DNA of 64,000 nt, taken from the NCBI GenBank assembly GCA_948466735.1, contig CAOKBR010000001.1:3266-67265 (forward strand), read 5' to 3'. Below the pieces are notes generated by a model. It was not told where the DNA came from. It saw nothing but the letters and a program-made list of their open reading frames with translations, and searched no databases. The DNA comes from an uncultured Mycoplasmatota bacterium. GTDB taxonomy: Bacteria > Bacillota_I > Bacilli_A > RF39 > UBA660. The position numbers and the translations under genes are program-made. Of the stretch, positions 20,262-29,896 are shown piece by piece; the stretch's first letter is position 1, and every line of letters starts with the position of its first letter.

Positions 20262-20591
20262 ATGAATAAACTAGAATTATTAAGATTAAAAAAAATCTTT
20301 CGTCCTAAAGACAAAGATTGGTTGGGTTTTAAAATATCAAGCAGGAATTTTTTAACTTATCATCATTTATTTAAACAAGTATATGGCACATGGGAAGATT
20401 TTGATCCAAAATATCAATTACATAATGGAGCATTACTAACTAAAAATGCCCATAGATATATTCACTTATTAGAAAGTATTGACCGCGAAAAATTTTTAGC
20501 ACTTACCGAATTGATGCGTCAATTAAATAATTCCATGACGCCACCTAATGATGAGTATTACGAAAAAGTAAAAAAGATTAAAAATCGTTAA
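20262..20591 (+). CDS. hypothetical protein
   Basis: 109-aa basic protein, no recognised family. Confidence 0.35.
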   Translation: MNKLELLRLKKIFRPKDKDWLGFKISSRNFLTYHHLFKQVYGTWEDFDPKYQLHNGALLTKNAHRYIHLLESIDREKFLALTELMRQLNNSMTPPNDEYYEKVKKIKNR

Positions 20592-20644
20592 GGAAGAGTT
20601 GTTTCTTCTTTTTTTCTTTTATATAATAGAAAAAGAGGTATAAT

Positions 20645-21280
20645 ATGAGAAAAAAAGTTGAGATTCCTAAAAATATTGATCCTTATTTATATGAGAAAAC
20701 TTTACAAAAGGAAGGAACTACCTTAATTGCGGGAGTAGATGAAGTAGGTCGGGGTCCTCTAATTGGTCCTGTTGTAACAGCATGTGTAATTTTACCTGTT
20801 GATTTTAAATTAGAAGGATTAACAGATTCAAAAAAATTAAGCGAGAAAAAACGAGAAGAATATTATAAAATCATCAAAGAACGAGCATTAGCTATTGGAA
20901 TTGGTATAGTAGATGCAACTACAATTGATAAGATAAATATTTATGAAGCGACAAAGGTTGCTATGTTAGAAGCGATAAAAAATTGTCCAGTTAAACCAGA
21001 ATATGTATTAATTGACGCGATGAAATTACCATTACAAATTCCACATACATCGATCATTAAAGGAGATTTATTAAGTATTAGTATCTCTGCTGCTAGTGTC
21101 ATTGCCAAAGTTACTAGGGATCATATGATGTATGAATTAGATAAAAAATATCCTGAGTATGATTTGAAAAATAACAAAGGGTATCCTACCAAGAAACATA
21201 TCGATGCCATTTTAAAATATGGCATTAAAAAGGAACATCGCCAAAGCTTTGCTCCCATTAAAGATATGGTGAAAAAATAA
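20645..21280 (+). CDS. rnhB: ribonuclease HII
   Basis: '[15 protein letters not shown]' catalytic motif, 211 aa. Confidence 0.9.
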   Translation: MRKKVEIPKNIDPYLYEKTLQKEGTTLIAGVDEVGRGPLIGPVVTACVILPVDFKLEGLTDSKKLSEKKREEYYKIIKERALAIGIGIVDATTIDKINIYEATKVAMLEAIKNCPVKPEYVLIDAMKLPLQIPHTSIIKGDLLSISISAASVIAKVTRDHMMYELDKKYPEYDLKNNKGYPTKKHIDAILKYGIKKEHRQSFAPIKDMVKK

Positions 21281-21282
21281 GG

Positions 21283-22026
21283 TTATTTGCTAAGAAAACT
21301 TCTAATTTCTTTTACACACTCATCAAAATTATCCATATAACAAAAGTGTCCAGCGTTAGCCCACGTTTTAAGGGTTGAATTTTTAATTTGTTCTTTCATG
21401 ATAATAGCATCATCTATTGGAGTAGAAGTATCTAATTCTCCCCATAATAATAACACATCTGATGATATATCCTTTAAATAATAACGTAAGTCTTCATTGA
21501 CCACTTGGACAAAAGTTTTTCTTAATGTTTTGTCTAGTTGTTGATAATCACTTGAGCCATAAAGTTTTCTTAAAACTTTTAAATATTTTTCTTGATTTTT
21601 TCGTCTTTTAAAATGCATGACGATAAATTTAAATAGTTTATATTCTAAAATTCTTTTTTTCTCTTTCCAAGTTTTTATTGGTTTGATTCCTGCTGCATCA
21701 ATTAAAATGATTTTAGAAATTTCTTGATGATAATATCCTGATAATAAAATAGATATTCTTCCGCCAAAAGAGTGACCAATGAGAATTGGATTTTTTATAT
21801 TTTCTTTTTCTAACCACTCTAAAATCGTTATTGCGTAATCGTAAATGGTTAAATCTCTAGTAGGAAAAGGACAATGATGAAAACCTGGATAGTCTATAAC
21901 ATAAATAATGTAGTCCTTTTCTAATTCGTTAATTAGTGGAAGCAAGGTGTCAAATACTTCTCCCCAGCCAGGTAGTAAGACAATCACTGATCCGTGGTTT
22001 CCATAAACGTGGTAGGTAATCGTCAT
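21283..22026 (-). CDS. alpha/beta-hydrolase fold esterase/lipase
   Basis: 'GHSFGGRISILL' nucleophile elbow (GHSxGG). Start refined to the Met preceded by AAGGAG: 'MTITYHVYGNHGSVIVLLPGWGE'. The upstream 60 codons of the track ORF look non-coding. Confidence 0.7.
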   Translation of the reverse strand: MTITYHVYGNHGSVIVLLPGWGEVFDTLLPLINELEKDYIIYVIDYPGFHHCPFPTRDLTIYDYAITILEWLEKENIKNPILIGHSFGGRISILLSGYYHQEISKIILIDAAGIKPIKTWKEKKRILEYKLFKFIVMHFKRRKNQEKYLKVLRKLYGSSDYQQLDKTLRKTFVQVVNEDLRYYLKDISSDVLLLWGELDTSTPIDDAIIMKEQIKNSTLKTWANAGHFCYMDNFDECVKEIRSFLSK

Positions 22027-22147
22027 TTTTTCTCCTTGATACATTAAATCACCTAATACTAGTGTATGAGAAAAAAGAAGAGATTGTGCTTGTATCATGA
22101 AAAAAATTTCTTCAAGAGAGAAAATCATAAAATGATTACAAAAAAAA

Positions 22148-22176
22148 TTGATAATATTTAAAAAACATGGTATACT
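22148..22176 (+). promoter_or_regulatory. strong sigma-A promoter with extended -10 (TTGATA-17-TGgTATACT)
   Basis: TTGATA at 22148-22153, a 17-nt spacer, TG at 22168-22169, TATACT at 22171-22176. Confidence 0.5.
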
Positions 22177-22185
22177 AAAAATGTC

Positions 22186-22370
22186 TAGAAGATACGTGTA
22201 ATACATCCAATAGTATAAAACCGACTAAGTTAACGATACGGGAGCATCGAGCAATCGCTGGTGTTGAATACCCATACATTTCTATGGGGATCCTAAAGGC
22301 GATGTAGATGCACCCACCTGTACAAATGCAGGTTTTATCGTTAGGATGACGGTCTTCTGGATTTTTTTGT
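22186..22370 (+). ncRNA. GC-richer structured leader or small RNA upstream of the tcdA-like gene; class not identified
   Basis: A roughly 185-nt segment with much higher GC than its surroundings. Local hairpin cccata-catttc-tatggg. 5' 'ctagaaga' can pair with 3' 'tcttctgg', followed by atttttttgtttt. The next gene's RBS follows directly. Confidence 0.3.
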
Positions 22371-22388
22371 TTTGAAGGAAGTGAAAAA

Positions 22389-23078
22389 ATGGACTTTTTA
22401 GAACGATTAAGTTTATTAATGGATAAAAATAAAATTGATGTTTTGAATAAATCAACAGTGATGGTTCTTGGTATTGGTGGAGTAGGGTCTTATTGTGTAG
22501 AAGCCTTAGTAAGAAGCGGTATTGGTAAAATCATTTTAATTGATCCAGATAGTATAGATATTAGTAATATTAATCGCCAATTAATTGCGTTACATTCTAC
22601 CATTGGACGAAAAAAAGTAGAAGTGATGAGAGATAGAATTTTAGATATTTCTCCTAACTGTGAAGTGGTAATTTATGATTTTTTCTATAACGATGAAAAT
22701 GCCACCATTCCTTTTTTAGAACAAAAGATTGATTTTGTTGTTGATGCTTGTGATAGCATCAAAAGTAAAGAAAGACTTATTTTACAGTGCCAGTCAAGAG
22801 ATGTTTCCTTTATTGTTAGTACAGGCACAGGAAATAGAATGGATCCTTCTTGTTTAGAAATTACTACCTTAGAAAAAACATCTAATGATCCTTTATCAAG
22901 AATTTTAAGAAAATGGATGAAAGAAAATCACATCAATAAAAAAATTCCTGTTTTGTGGTCTAGTGAAGTACCAATTAAAGTAAAGGATGGTATCATTGGC
23001 TCAAATAGTTTTGTTCCAGCAAGCGCAGGATTGATGATTGCTAGTTATGTTATACAACAACTCATTAAGAAAATTTGA
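22389..23078 (+). CDS. tcdA: ThiF/MoeB-family E1-like protein, probably the tRNA threonylcarbamoyladenosine dehydratase TcdA
   Basis: 'VLGIGGVGSYCVEALVRSGIGKIILIDPDSIDISNINRQL' Rossmann/ThiF motif; 229 aa, no Cys-rich C-terminus. Confidence 0.65.
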   Translation: MDFLERLSLLMDKNKIDVLNKSTVMVLGIGGVGSYCVEALVRSGIGKIILIDPDSIDISNINRQLIALHSTIGRKKVEVMRDRILDISPNCEVVIYDFFYNDENATIPFLEQKIDFVVDACDSIKSKERLILQCQSRDVSFIVSTGTGNRMDPSCLEITTLEKTSNDPLSRILRKWMKENHINKKIPVLWSSEVPIKVKDGIIGSNSFVPASAGLMIASYVIQQLIKKI

Positions 23079-23281
23079 TTTAACTAAAATTCTAAATGTT
23101 CGCTATATCCAAAAAATGTATTTCTGCTGATTGATGAAATGACTAAAGGAGAAAATGCAACTACTTTTGTCCCTAACGTCATTCAATTTGTTAGTGAAAG
23201 AACAATTATAGTTACAGTCAATAGACTATTTTCAAATAGATACATACTGTGTTATACTGATAAAGTATAGGAGTAAGTAGT

Positions 23282-23920
23282 ATGCGTAGTAAATTTATGG
23301 AATATTTAGAAAAGGATCATTCTTTTGATAAGTTGACCCTTCTAGGAATATTTTGCTTAATCATTGTTATTACAGGATGTTTTGGCTGGCTTTATGAATT
23401 TATTTTTTATTTCTTTAACGGAGGCATGAAAGAGTTTTACTGGCGTGGAGGAAATTTTCTTCCTTGGATTAATATTTATGCAACAGGGGCATTAATTGTT
23501 TACTTTTTAACTTATCGTTATCGAAAAAAGCCAGGAAAAGTATTTTTGATTGGTGTGCTTTCTTCTGGTATTTTAGAATATTTTTCAGGACTAGGGATGT
23601 ATATCATTGGAAATGGTATGCGTTGTTGGGACTATAACCAAGAGATTTTAAGCTTTGGAAGTATTCAAGGTTTTGTTTGTCTTAGAAGTGTTTTAGTCTT
23701 TGGAGTATTTAGTTTATTACTAATTTATACTGTTGTGCCTTTATGTTTTTATCTAGCCAAAAAGATTCCTAAAAAGATATTCTTAACGATTAGTTTTACT
23801 TTATGTACGATTATTTTAATTGATGAATTTTATAATTTATTATTTGCTAGAATTTTAAATACCCAAAGGGCAACTGCAATATATCGAAAGCTAGGATTCA
23901 AGTTTGTTCATTTTAAATAA
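23282..23920 (+). CDS. hypothetical polytopic membrane protein
   Basis: 212 aa with 5-6 hydrophobic segments and a 'WRGGNFLPWIN' motif. Confidence 0.4.
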   Translation: MRSKFMEYLEKDHSFDKLTLLGIFCLIIVITGCFGWLYEFIFYFFNGGMKEFYWRGGNFLPWINIYATGALIVYFLTYRYRKKPGKVFLIGVLSSGILEYFSGLGMYIIGNGMRCWDYNQEILSFGSIQGFVCLRSVLVFGVFSLLLIYTVVPLCFYLAKKIPKKIFLTISFTLCTIILIDEFYNLLFARILNTQRATAIYRKLGFKFVHFK

Positions 23921-23999
23921 ATTAAATCAAACTTCAATAAAGGATATAACATTAAAAACTCTAATTCAATAAGGATAAAGAATTAGAGTTTTCTTTTTC

Positions 24000-24608
24000 T
24001 CAAAACTTTCGATACAAAGAGATAACTTTTCCTAAAATTGTTTTATCTTCTAGAGAAAGTTCTTCTTGATTTACTTTTAACATTTCTTGATTATCACTTT
24101 TTAAATATTGTCCAACTAAAAGGTGGTTCTTACTTGTTAATACGACGATTATATCGTTAATACTTACTGCACTTTTCTCTTCAATTACTAAAATATCTTG
24201 GTTAAAAATACCAGCGTTCATCATTTCATTCCCTCGCACGATTAAGGCAAATCCATTCTTTTGATTAGAAGTGATTGCTACTGGTAATTTAATAATTTCA
24301 CTAGCTAAACTTAATAATTCTTTTATATTACCTTTTAAATTCATATCAATAAGAGGAATTGAAATAATCCCATCTTTTTTATCCTGATACTCATTAGGTA
24401 CCAATAATTCAATGGTTCTATTTTTGCCAAGTCCTTTTTTCAAATATCCTTTTTCTTCTAATAAAGTAATATGCGCATGAATCGTTGCACTAGAACGTAA
24501 ATTAATCATTGTACCAATTTCTCTTACGGTAGGAGGATACCCATTTTTTGCCATAAATATTTTAATTGCTTCTAAAACTCGCTCTTGCTTACTTGTTAAT
24601 TGTTCCAT
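24000..24608 (-). CDS. lexA: LexA-family repressor homolog; S24 catalytic Ser apparently substituted
   Basis: N-terminal wHTH 'GYPPTVREIGTMINLRSSATIHAHITLLEEKGYL' is typical LexA. The C-terminal S24-like domain reads 'VRGNEMMNAGI' where LexA has 'GDSM'. Confidence 0.65.
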   Translation of the reverse strand: MEQLTSKQERVLEAIKIFMAKNGYPPTVREIGTMINLRSSATIHAHITLLEEKGYLKKGLGKNRTIELLVPNEYQDKKDGIISIPLIDMNLKGNIKELLSLASEIIKLPVAITSNQKNGFALIVRGNEMMNAGIFNQDILVIEEKSAVSINDIIVVLTSKNHLLVGQYLKSDNQEMLKVNQEELSLEDKTILGKVISLYRKF

Positions 24609-24664
24609 TGCCTTTCTTCCACCTCATTCTTCGTTTATCATAGCATAAAAATCTTACCATTGTC

Positions 24665-24676
24665 AAACAAACGTTC
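24665..24676 (-). promoter_or_regulatory. candidate degenerate Cheo/LexA box (GAAC-N4-GTTT) in the lexA-polA divergent region
   Basis: Minus strand reads GAACGTTTGTTT. Consensus is CGAAC-N4-GTTCG; one half-site is imperfect. Confidence 0.25.
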
Positions 24677-24754
24677 ATAAAATTTTCAGTACCAAATAAA
24701 AGATTTCATGTTATAATAAACTACATAGCAAAATGGATTAAAGGAGAAGTAAGG

Positions 24755-27379
24755 ATGAAAAAAATTGTTTTAGTAGACGGAAATAATCTATTATTTAGAA
24801 GTTATTATGCAACAGCTTATAACGGAGTAATTATGCGTAATTCCAAAGGATTTCCAACGAACGCCGTTTATGGTTTTTTAAATATGATAAATAAAATTAT
24901 CGAAGAAGAAACACCTAGTTATATGATTGTTGCTTTTGATAGAGGAAAGACCTTTCGTCACGAACAATACGATTGGTATAAAGCAGGAAGACGTGAAACC
25001 CCACAGGATTTAATTGATCAATTTCCAATTGCCAAAGAATTTTTGGATTATCTTGGAATATTTCATTATGAAATTGATAACTATGAAGCAGATGATATCA
25101 TTGGAACCATAGCAAAAAAAATCGATGAGGAACCTGAGTTTTTAGGAACTATCATAAGTAGTGATAAAGACCTTTTACAATTAATTAGTCCTAAAGTCGT
25201 TGTTAAATTATTAAAGCAATCTAGTCATATTTTAATGAATGTGGACACTTTTCATGAAACTTATGGAATTGACCCCATTAACATGATTGATTTAAAGGCG
25301 TTGATGGGAGATTCATCAGATAATATTCCAGGAGTAAAAGGAATTGGCGAAAAAACAGCTCTACAATTACTACAAAAATATAAAACACTAGATGGAATTT
25401 ATGAGTGTCTTCCTTTAATTGGCGGAAAAACAGAAGATAAACTTCGTCTTGAAGAAAAACAGGCTTATATGAGTTATGATATTGCAACAATTTACCGAGA
25501 AGTGCCACTTGAATTTTCTTTAGAAGATTTAAAAATTAAACCCATTAATTATGAAGAATATCTTACCTTACTTGAAGTAATGGAGTTTAACTCCTTAATT
25601 CGTAAATTAAATCAGCAAGGAAATATTCCTCAAATTAAGCCTAAAGAATCAAAGAAAGATGTTAAAAAAGTGATATATGTTAGTTCCCTTAGTCAATTAG
25701 TATTAGATGAAGATTATGCTTTTTATTTAGATACTATCGGTAGCAATTATCATGATTGTCTAGTGCGGGGAGTAAGTTTTTATAATGAAAAGGTAAACTA
25801 TTATGTACCATTTGATCTATTAAAGGATGATTATACGATTTTTAATAGTACATTGGCAAAGTATACATATGATGTGAAAAAGGCTGTTGTGATTTTTAAT
25901 CGTTATCATATTCCTTATCAAAATTTAGTCTATGATGCAATGATTGCAACTTATTTACTAAATTATGATGTAAAAGATGATGTTGCTCATGTTGCTAAAT
26001 ATTTTGATCATGATATTCCCTATCACGAGGATGTCTTTGGAACTGAAAAAAGACCTAAGAAAGTAGAAGATTTAGTGATTTATCAAATCTCTTGTGATAA
26101 GGCAATGTTTATTTTTGAAACCAAAATAGAGATTTTACAACGACTAGAGAAAGAAGAGCAACTTCATTTATATCAAGATATTGAGTTTCCCCTTGCTTTT
26201 GTTTTAGCAAAAATGGAGATAGAAGGAATTTATGTGGATAAGGGTTATCTAGAAGAAATGGGTAAGGAATTAAAGGTTAAAATTGATGATTTAGCTAAGG
26301 ACATTTATGAATTTGCTAATATGGAATTTAATATTTTATCAACAAAGCAACTTGGAGAAATCCTATTTGAAAAAATGGCTATTCCATATCCTAAAAGGGT
26401 AAAAGATGGAACTTATTCCACTAGTAAAGACATTTTAGAAAAATTAATAGGGGTACACCCAATTATTGAGAAAATCTTGGAGTACCGTACTTTATCAAAG
26501 CTTTATGCGAATTACACTGTTGGATTGATTGATGAAATTAGGGATGATGGTAAAATTCATACCATTTATACTCAGACGTTAACTAGAACAGGAAGACTTT
26601 CTAGTGTAAGCCCAAATTTACAAAATATTCCTGCAAAACTTGAATATGGAAGACTAGTTCGAAAAGCATTTATTCCAAGAGAAAATGGTTATTTGTTATC
26701 TAGTGATTATTCACAAATTGAACTTAGAATGTTTGCTCATATGTCGCAAGCAGAAAACTTGATTTTAGCATTTAAAAGTGGAGAAGATATTCACACTAAA
26801 ACGGCAGCGGATATTTTTAAAGTCGATATTACTGATGTAACGAAAGAGATGAGAAGAGCTGCAAAAGCGGTAAATTTTGGTATTATTTATGGAATTAGTA
26901 GTTTCGGTTTAAGTGAAGACTTGAAGATTGATTTAAAAAGTGCTAAAGATTTTATCGATACCTATTTAGATACTTATCCTGGAATTAGGGAATACATGAG
27001 TGAAGAAGTAAAAGATGCTTATCGCGATGGATTTGTGAAAACGATAATGAATCGTAAGAGAAATATCGAAGAATTACACAGTAAAAATTATATGGTACGT
27101 CAGCAAGGAGAGCGAATGGCTTTAAATACGCCTGTTCAAGGAAGTGCTGCTGATATTTTGAAAAAAGCGATGTTAGAGATTGATAAAGAGTTTTCTAAAC
27201 GTCATTTAAAAAGTAAAATGCTTCTTCAAGTACACGATGAACTTGTCTTTGATTGCTTAGAAAATGAATTAGAAGAAATTAAAGAATTAGTAAGAGGAAT
27301 TATGGAGAATGTGTATCCTTTATTGGTACCATTAAAAGTAGAAATATCAATAGGAAAAAATTGGTATGAAGCGAAGTAG
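24755..27379 (+). CDS. polA: DNA polymerase I
   Basis: 874 aa. 5'-3' exonuclease N-terminus ('LVDGNNLLFRSYYA'), polymerase motif A 'LLSSDYSQIELR' and motif C 'QVHDELVFD'. Confidence 0.95.
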   Translation: MKKIVLVDGNNLLFRSYYATAYNGVIMRNSKGFPTNAVYGFLNMINKIIEEETPSYMIVAFDRGKTFRHEQYDWYKAGRRETPQDLIDQFPIAKEFLDYLGIFHYEIDNYEADDIIGTIAKKIDEEPEFLGTIISSDKDLLQLISPKVVVKLLKQSSHILMNVDTFHETYGIDPINMIDLKALMGDSSDNIPGVKGIGEKTALQLLQKYKTLDGIYECLPLIGGKTEDKLRLEEKQAYMSYDIATIYREVPLEFSLEDLKIKPINYEEYLTLLEVMEFNSLIRKLNQQGNIPQIKPKESKKDVKKVIYVSSLSQLVLDEDYAFYLDTIGSNYHDCLVRGVSFYNEKVNYYVPFDLLKDDYTIFNSTLAKYTYDVKKAVVIFNRYHIPYQNLVYDAMIATYLLNYDVKDDVAHVAKYFDHDIPYHEDVFGTEKRPKKVEDLVIYQISCDKAMFIFETKIEILQRLEKEEQLHLYQDIEFPLAFVLAKMEIEGIYVDKGYLEEMGKELKVKIDDLAKDIYEFANMEFNILSTKQLGEILFEKMAIPYPKRVKDGTYSTSKDILEKLIGVHPIIEKILEYRTLSKLYANYTVGLIDEIRDDGKIHTIYTQTLTRTGRLSSVSPNLQNIPAKLEYGRLVRKAFIPRENGYLLSSDYSQIELRMFAHMSQAENLILAFKSGEDIHTKTAADIFKVDITDVTKEMRRAAKAVNFGIIYGISSFGLSEDLKIDLKSAKDFIDTYLDTYPGIREYMSEEVKDAYRDGFVKTIMNRKRNIEELHSKNYMVRQQGERMALNTPVQGSAADILKKAMLEIDKEFSKRHLKSKMLLQVHDELVFDCLENELEEIKELVRGIMENVYPLLVPLKVEISIGKNWYEAK

Positions 27380-27387
27380 GTGATTTT

Positions 27388-28242
27388 ATGCCAGAAAAAC
27401 CAGAAGTAATTACAGTTGCTAAGACACTAGAGCGACATATTTTAGGAAAAACGATTGAAAAGGTGGATATCTATTGGGATAATATTATTGAGTATCCTTC
27501 TCTTAGTGAGTTTAAAAAGCGCATATCTAGACAAATTATTAAGAAGATTTCCACTAGAGGAAAATGGATTGTAATGGAATTATCTAATGACTATTTATTG
27601 GTTCATCTTAGAATGGAAGGAAAGTTTTTTTACCGTGGGATAAATGATTCTAGAGGAAAACATGAACACGTGGTAATTACTTTTACTGATGGACTTCAAT
27701 TACGTTTTCATGATACAAGAAAATTTGGGAAATTTCGTCTGATGAACAAAGAAGAATGGAACAAAGTCCCTCCATTATCTCTTTTAGGATATGAGTATAA
27801 CGATAAAAATTTAACTAAGGAATATTTATATCAAGCTTTAAAGTCAAGAAAGTTACCCATTAAAACGGTATTACTTGATCAAAGTATTATAGCAGGAATT
27901 GGAAATATTTATGATGATGAGATTTTATTTCTTAGTCATTTGTCACCGTTAATGAGTGCGAATAAAGTTAGTTTAGATAGTTGCCAAGAAATTATTGATA
28001 ATACTAAAAAGGTACTTGACTCTGCTATAGCACTAGGGGGGACAACGATTCGTTCATATACTTCTGATGAAGGAGTACATGGAAAGTTTCAACAAATGCT
28101 TTTAGTCCATGGCAAAGAAAATGAATTATGTCCAGTTTGTGGCAATACCATTATCAAAATCAAAGTCGGTGGTAGAGGAACGTATTATTGTAAAAAATGC
28201 CAAAAAGATAAGATAAATTCTAAAGGAGAAAGATTAAAATGA
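27388..28242 (+). CDS. mutM: formamidopyrimidine-DNA glycosylase
   Basis: N-terminal 'MPEKPEV', H2TH region, C-terminal zinc finger 'CPVCGNTIIKIKVGGRGTYYCKKCQ'. Confidence 0.9.
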   Translation: MPEKPEVITVAKTLERHILGKTIEKVDIYWDNIIEYPSLSEFKKRISRQIIKKISTRGKWIVMELSNDYLLVHLRMEGKFFYRGINDSRGKHEHVVITFTDGLQLRFHDTRKFGKFRLMNKEEWNKVPPLSLLGYEYNDKNLTKEYLYQALKSRKLPIKTVLLDQSIIAGIGNIYDDEILFLSHLSPLMSANKVSLDSCQEIIDNTKKVLDSAIALGGTTIRSYTSDEGVHGKFQQMLLVHGKENELCPVCGNTIIKIKVGGRGTYYCKKCQKDKINSKGERLK

Positions 28243-28945
28243 TAGAAAAAGTAAGAAATTTAGTAAATGAGTTGTTAGCTAAAGATAACTTTGGACATGG
28301 GATGGAACATATTGATAGAGTTTTAGCGTTATCGCTAAAATTTGCTAAAAAGAACATGGAAATGAACTTCTTGTTTCCTTAATTGCTTTACTTCATGATG
28401 TAGATGATTATAAATTATTTGGAATAGAAAGTTCAGAAAAGCTTATTAATGCTAAAAAAAATTATGGATGAATGTGGTGTGGCTCAAAATACTCAAAATC
28501 AAGTATGTTTAGCCATTAGTCACATTGGTTATAATAAGCGATTAAAAGGAATACTTCCTACAACTCTTGAAGGAAAAATTGTTTCTGATACTGATATGTG
28601 TGATGCTTTAGGGGCAAATGGTATTTTAAGAGTTTATGCTTATCAAAACAAAAAAGGAAAACCATTTTTAATAGAGAAGTATTTTCTATAGAAAAGATGA
28701 ATGCGGAGCAATATATTAAAAAAAGTTCAGATAGTGGCGTTTGTCATATGTTTGAGAAAATATTAAAACTTAAAGGTCTAATGTTAACAGAATCTAGTAG
28801 GATAGAAGCAAAGTTAAGACATAATATCGTTGTTAATTTTCTATATCACTTATTCTATGAAGAAAATGCCCTTGATTGGATTAACTATTTAAATTGCTAT
28901 TTAAAAAAGGAAGAAAAAGAAAAGACAAAGACAATTAAATTTTAA
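28239..28945 (+). pseudogene. HD-domain phosphohydrolase gene disrupted by at least 3 frameshifts
   Basis: Fragments 'GHGMEHIDRVLALSLKFAKK', 'LIALLHDVDDYKLFG', 'ISHIGYNKRLKG...DTDMCDALGANGILRVY' and 'KLKGLMLTESSRIEAKLRHNI' sit in three frames and are colinear with one HD hydrolase. Each break lies at an A5-A7 or T5 run. Confidence 0.55.
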
Positions 28946-29060
28946 AATTTAAAAATATGAGAAGTTATAACGTTGTACTCATATTTTTTTCCTTTGATTT
29001 TGTTGATTCTACTAAGCGTTTGTTGTAAATTGATTTAATTGGTGTTTACAATGGTCTTGG

Positions 29061-29858
29061 GTGATGAAAGAAATGGAAAATGAAAAAATTGGCAAGTATA
29101 TTGCTACAAAAAGAAAAGAAAATGGACTAACACAAAATGAATTAGCACAAAAACTACAAGTAACTGATCGTGCTGTTTCCAAATGGGAACGAGGTAGGAG
29201 ATGCCCTGATATTAGTTTATTAGAACTATTAGCGAATCTACTAGGAGTTAGTGTTTTAGAGCTTTTACATGGCGAAGATATTAAAAAGGATGAAAATCAA
29301 GTACTTATACACTTATTAAAAAAGGAAGAAAATAGAATCAAACGCTGGAAAATATGTTCTTATGTCATGCTAAACTTACTTCTTTTCTTCTTTTGCAGTA
29401 TCTTTTTTCTTGGTGTGATTTTTCCTTTTATCGTAGAAAATAATTCGTCTTTAAATAGCTACCAAATCATATCAGAAAGTATGGCTCCAAAATATGGTGT
29501 TTACGATATGGTTTACACAAAAAAGGTACCTTTTGATAAAGTGAAAGTAAATGATGTTATTGCTTATCAGGAAAATATTAACGGAGTAAATATGATTATC
29601 ATTCACCGAGTGTACGATAGAGAAAATAATGATTTATCTTGTTTAATTACTAAAGGGGATAACAATAACAAAATAGATGAATATTGCCTTTCTTCTAAAA
29701 ATTATTTAGGAAAAGTAGTATTTCATGTTCCACTTTTTGGAAAATTCTTAAAAGAAAATAAGAAAATTTCTCCTTTTTATAGCATAATGTTAGCACTTGG
29801 CATAGGAAGTATTCTCTATTTAGATTATCTAGCAATAAGAAAAACAAGAAGCATTTAG
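29061..29858 (+). CDS. fusion protein: XRE-family HTH domain, TM segment, then ER/archaeal-type signal peptidase I (S26B, SipW-like) domain
   Basis: HTH 'LTQNELAQKLQVTDRAVSKWERG'. Hydrophobic segment 'LLLFFFCSIFFLGVIFPFIV'. Peptidase boxes 'ISESMAP' (SGSMEP-like), 'IIHRV' and 'TKGDNN'. C-terminal TM. Confidence 0.55.
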   Translation: MMKEMENEKIGKYIATKRKENGLTQNELAQKLQVTDRAVSKWERGRRCPDISLLELLANLLGVSVLELLHGEDIKKDENQVLIHLLKKEENRIKRWKICSYVMLNLLLFFFCSIFFLGVIFPFIVENNSSLNSYQIISESMAPKYGVYDMVYTKKVPFDKVKVNDVIAYQENINGVNMIIIHRVYDRENNDLSCLITKGDNNNKIDEYCLSSKNYLGKVVFHVPLFGKFLKENKKISPFYSIMLALGIGSILYLDYLAIRKTRSI

Positions 29859-29896
29859 AAAAAAAGTCTCTACTTAACACTTGACACAAAAATTTC

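Noticed and set aside
21283-22206. Full 307-aa extent of the hydrolase ORF
   Set aside because: The first 60 codons (MYYTYLLDIFSIPCFLNIINFFCNHF...) lack an RBS and look non-coding. The start was trimmed to the Met preceded by AAGGAG.
22186-22370. Assigning the structured leader to SRP RNA, 6S RNA, T-box or a specific riboswitch class
   Set aside because: I could not find any of the class-defining conserved sequence motifs by eye, so the element is left unclassified.
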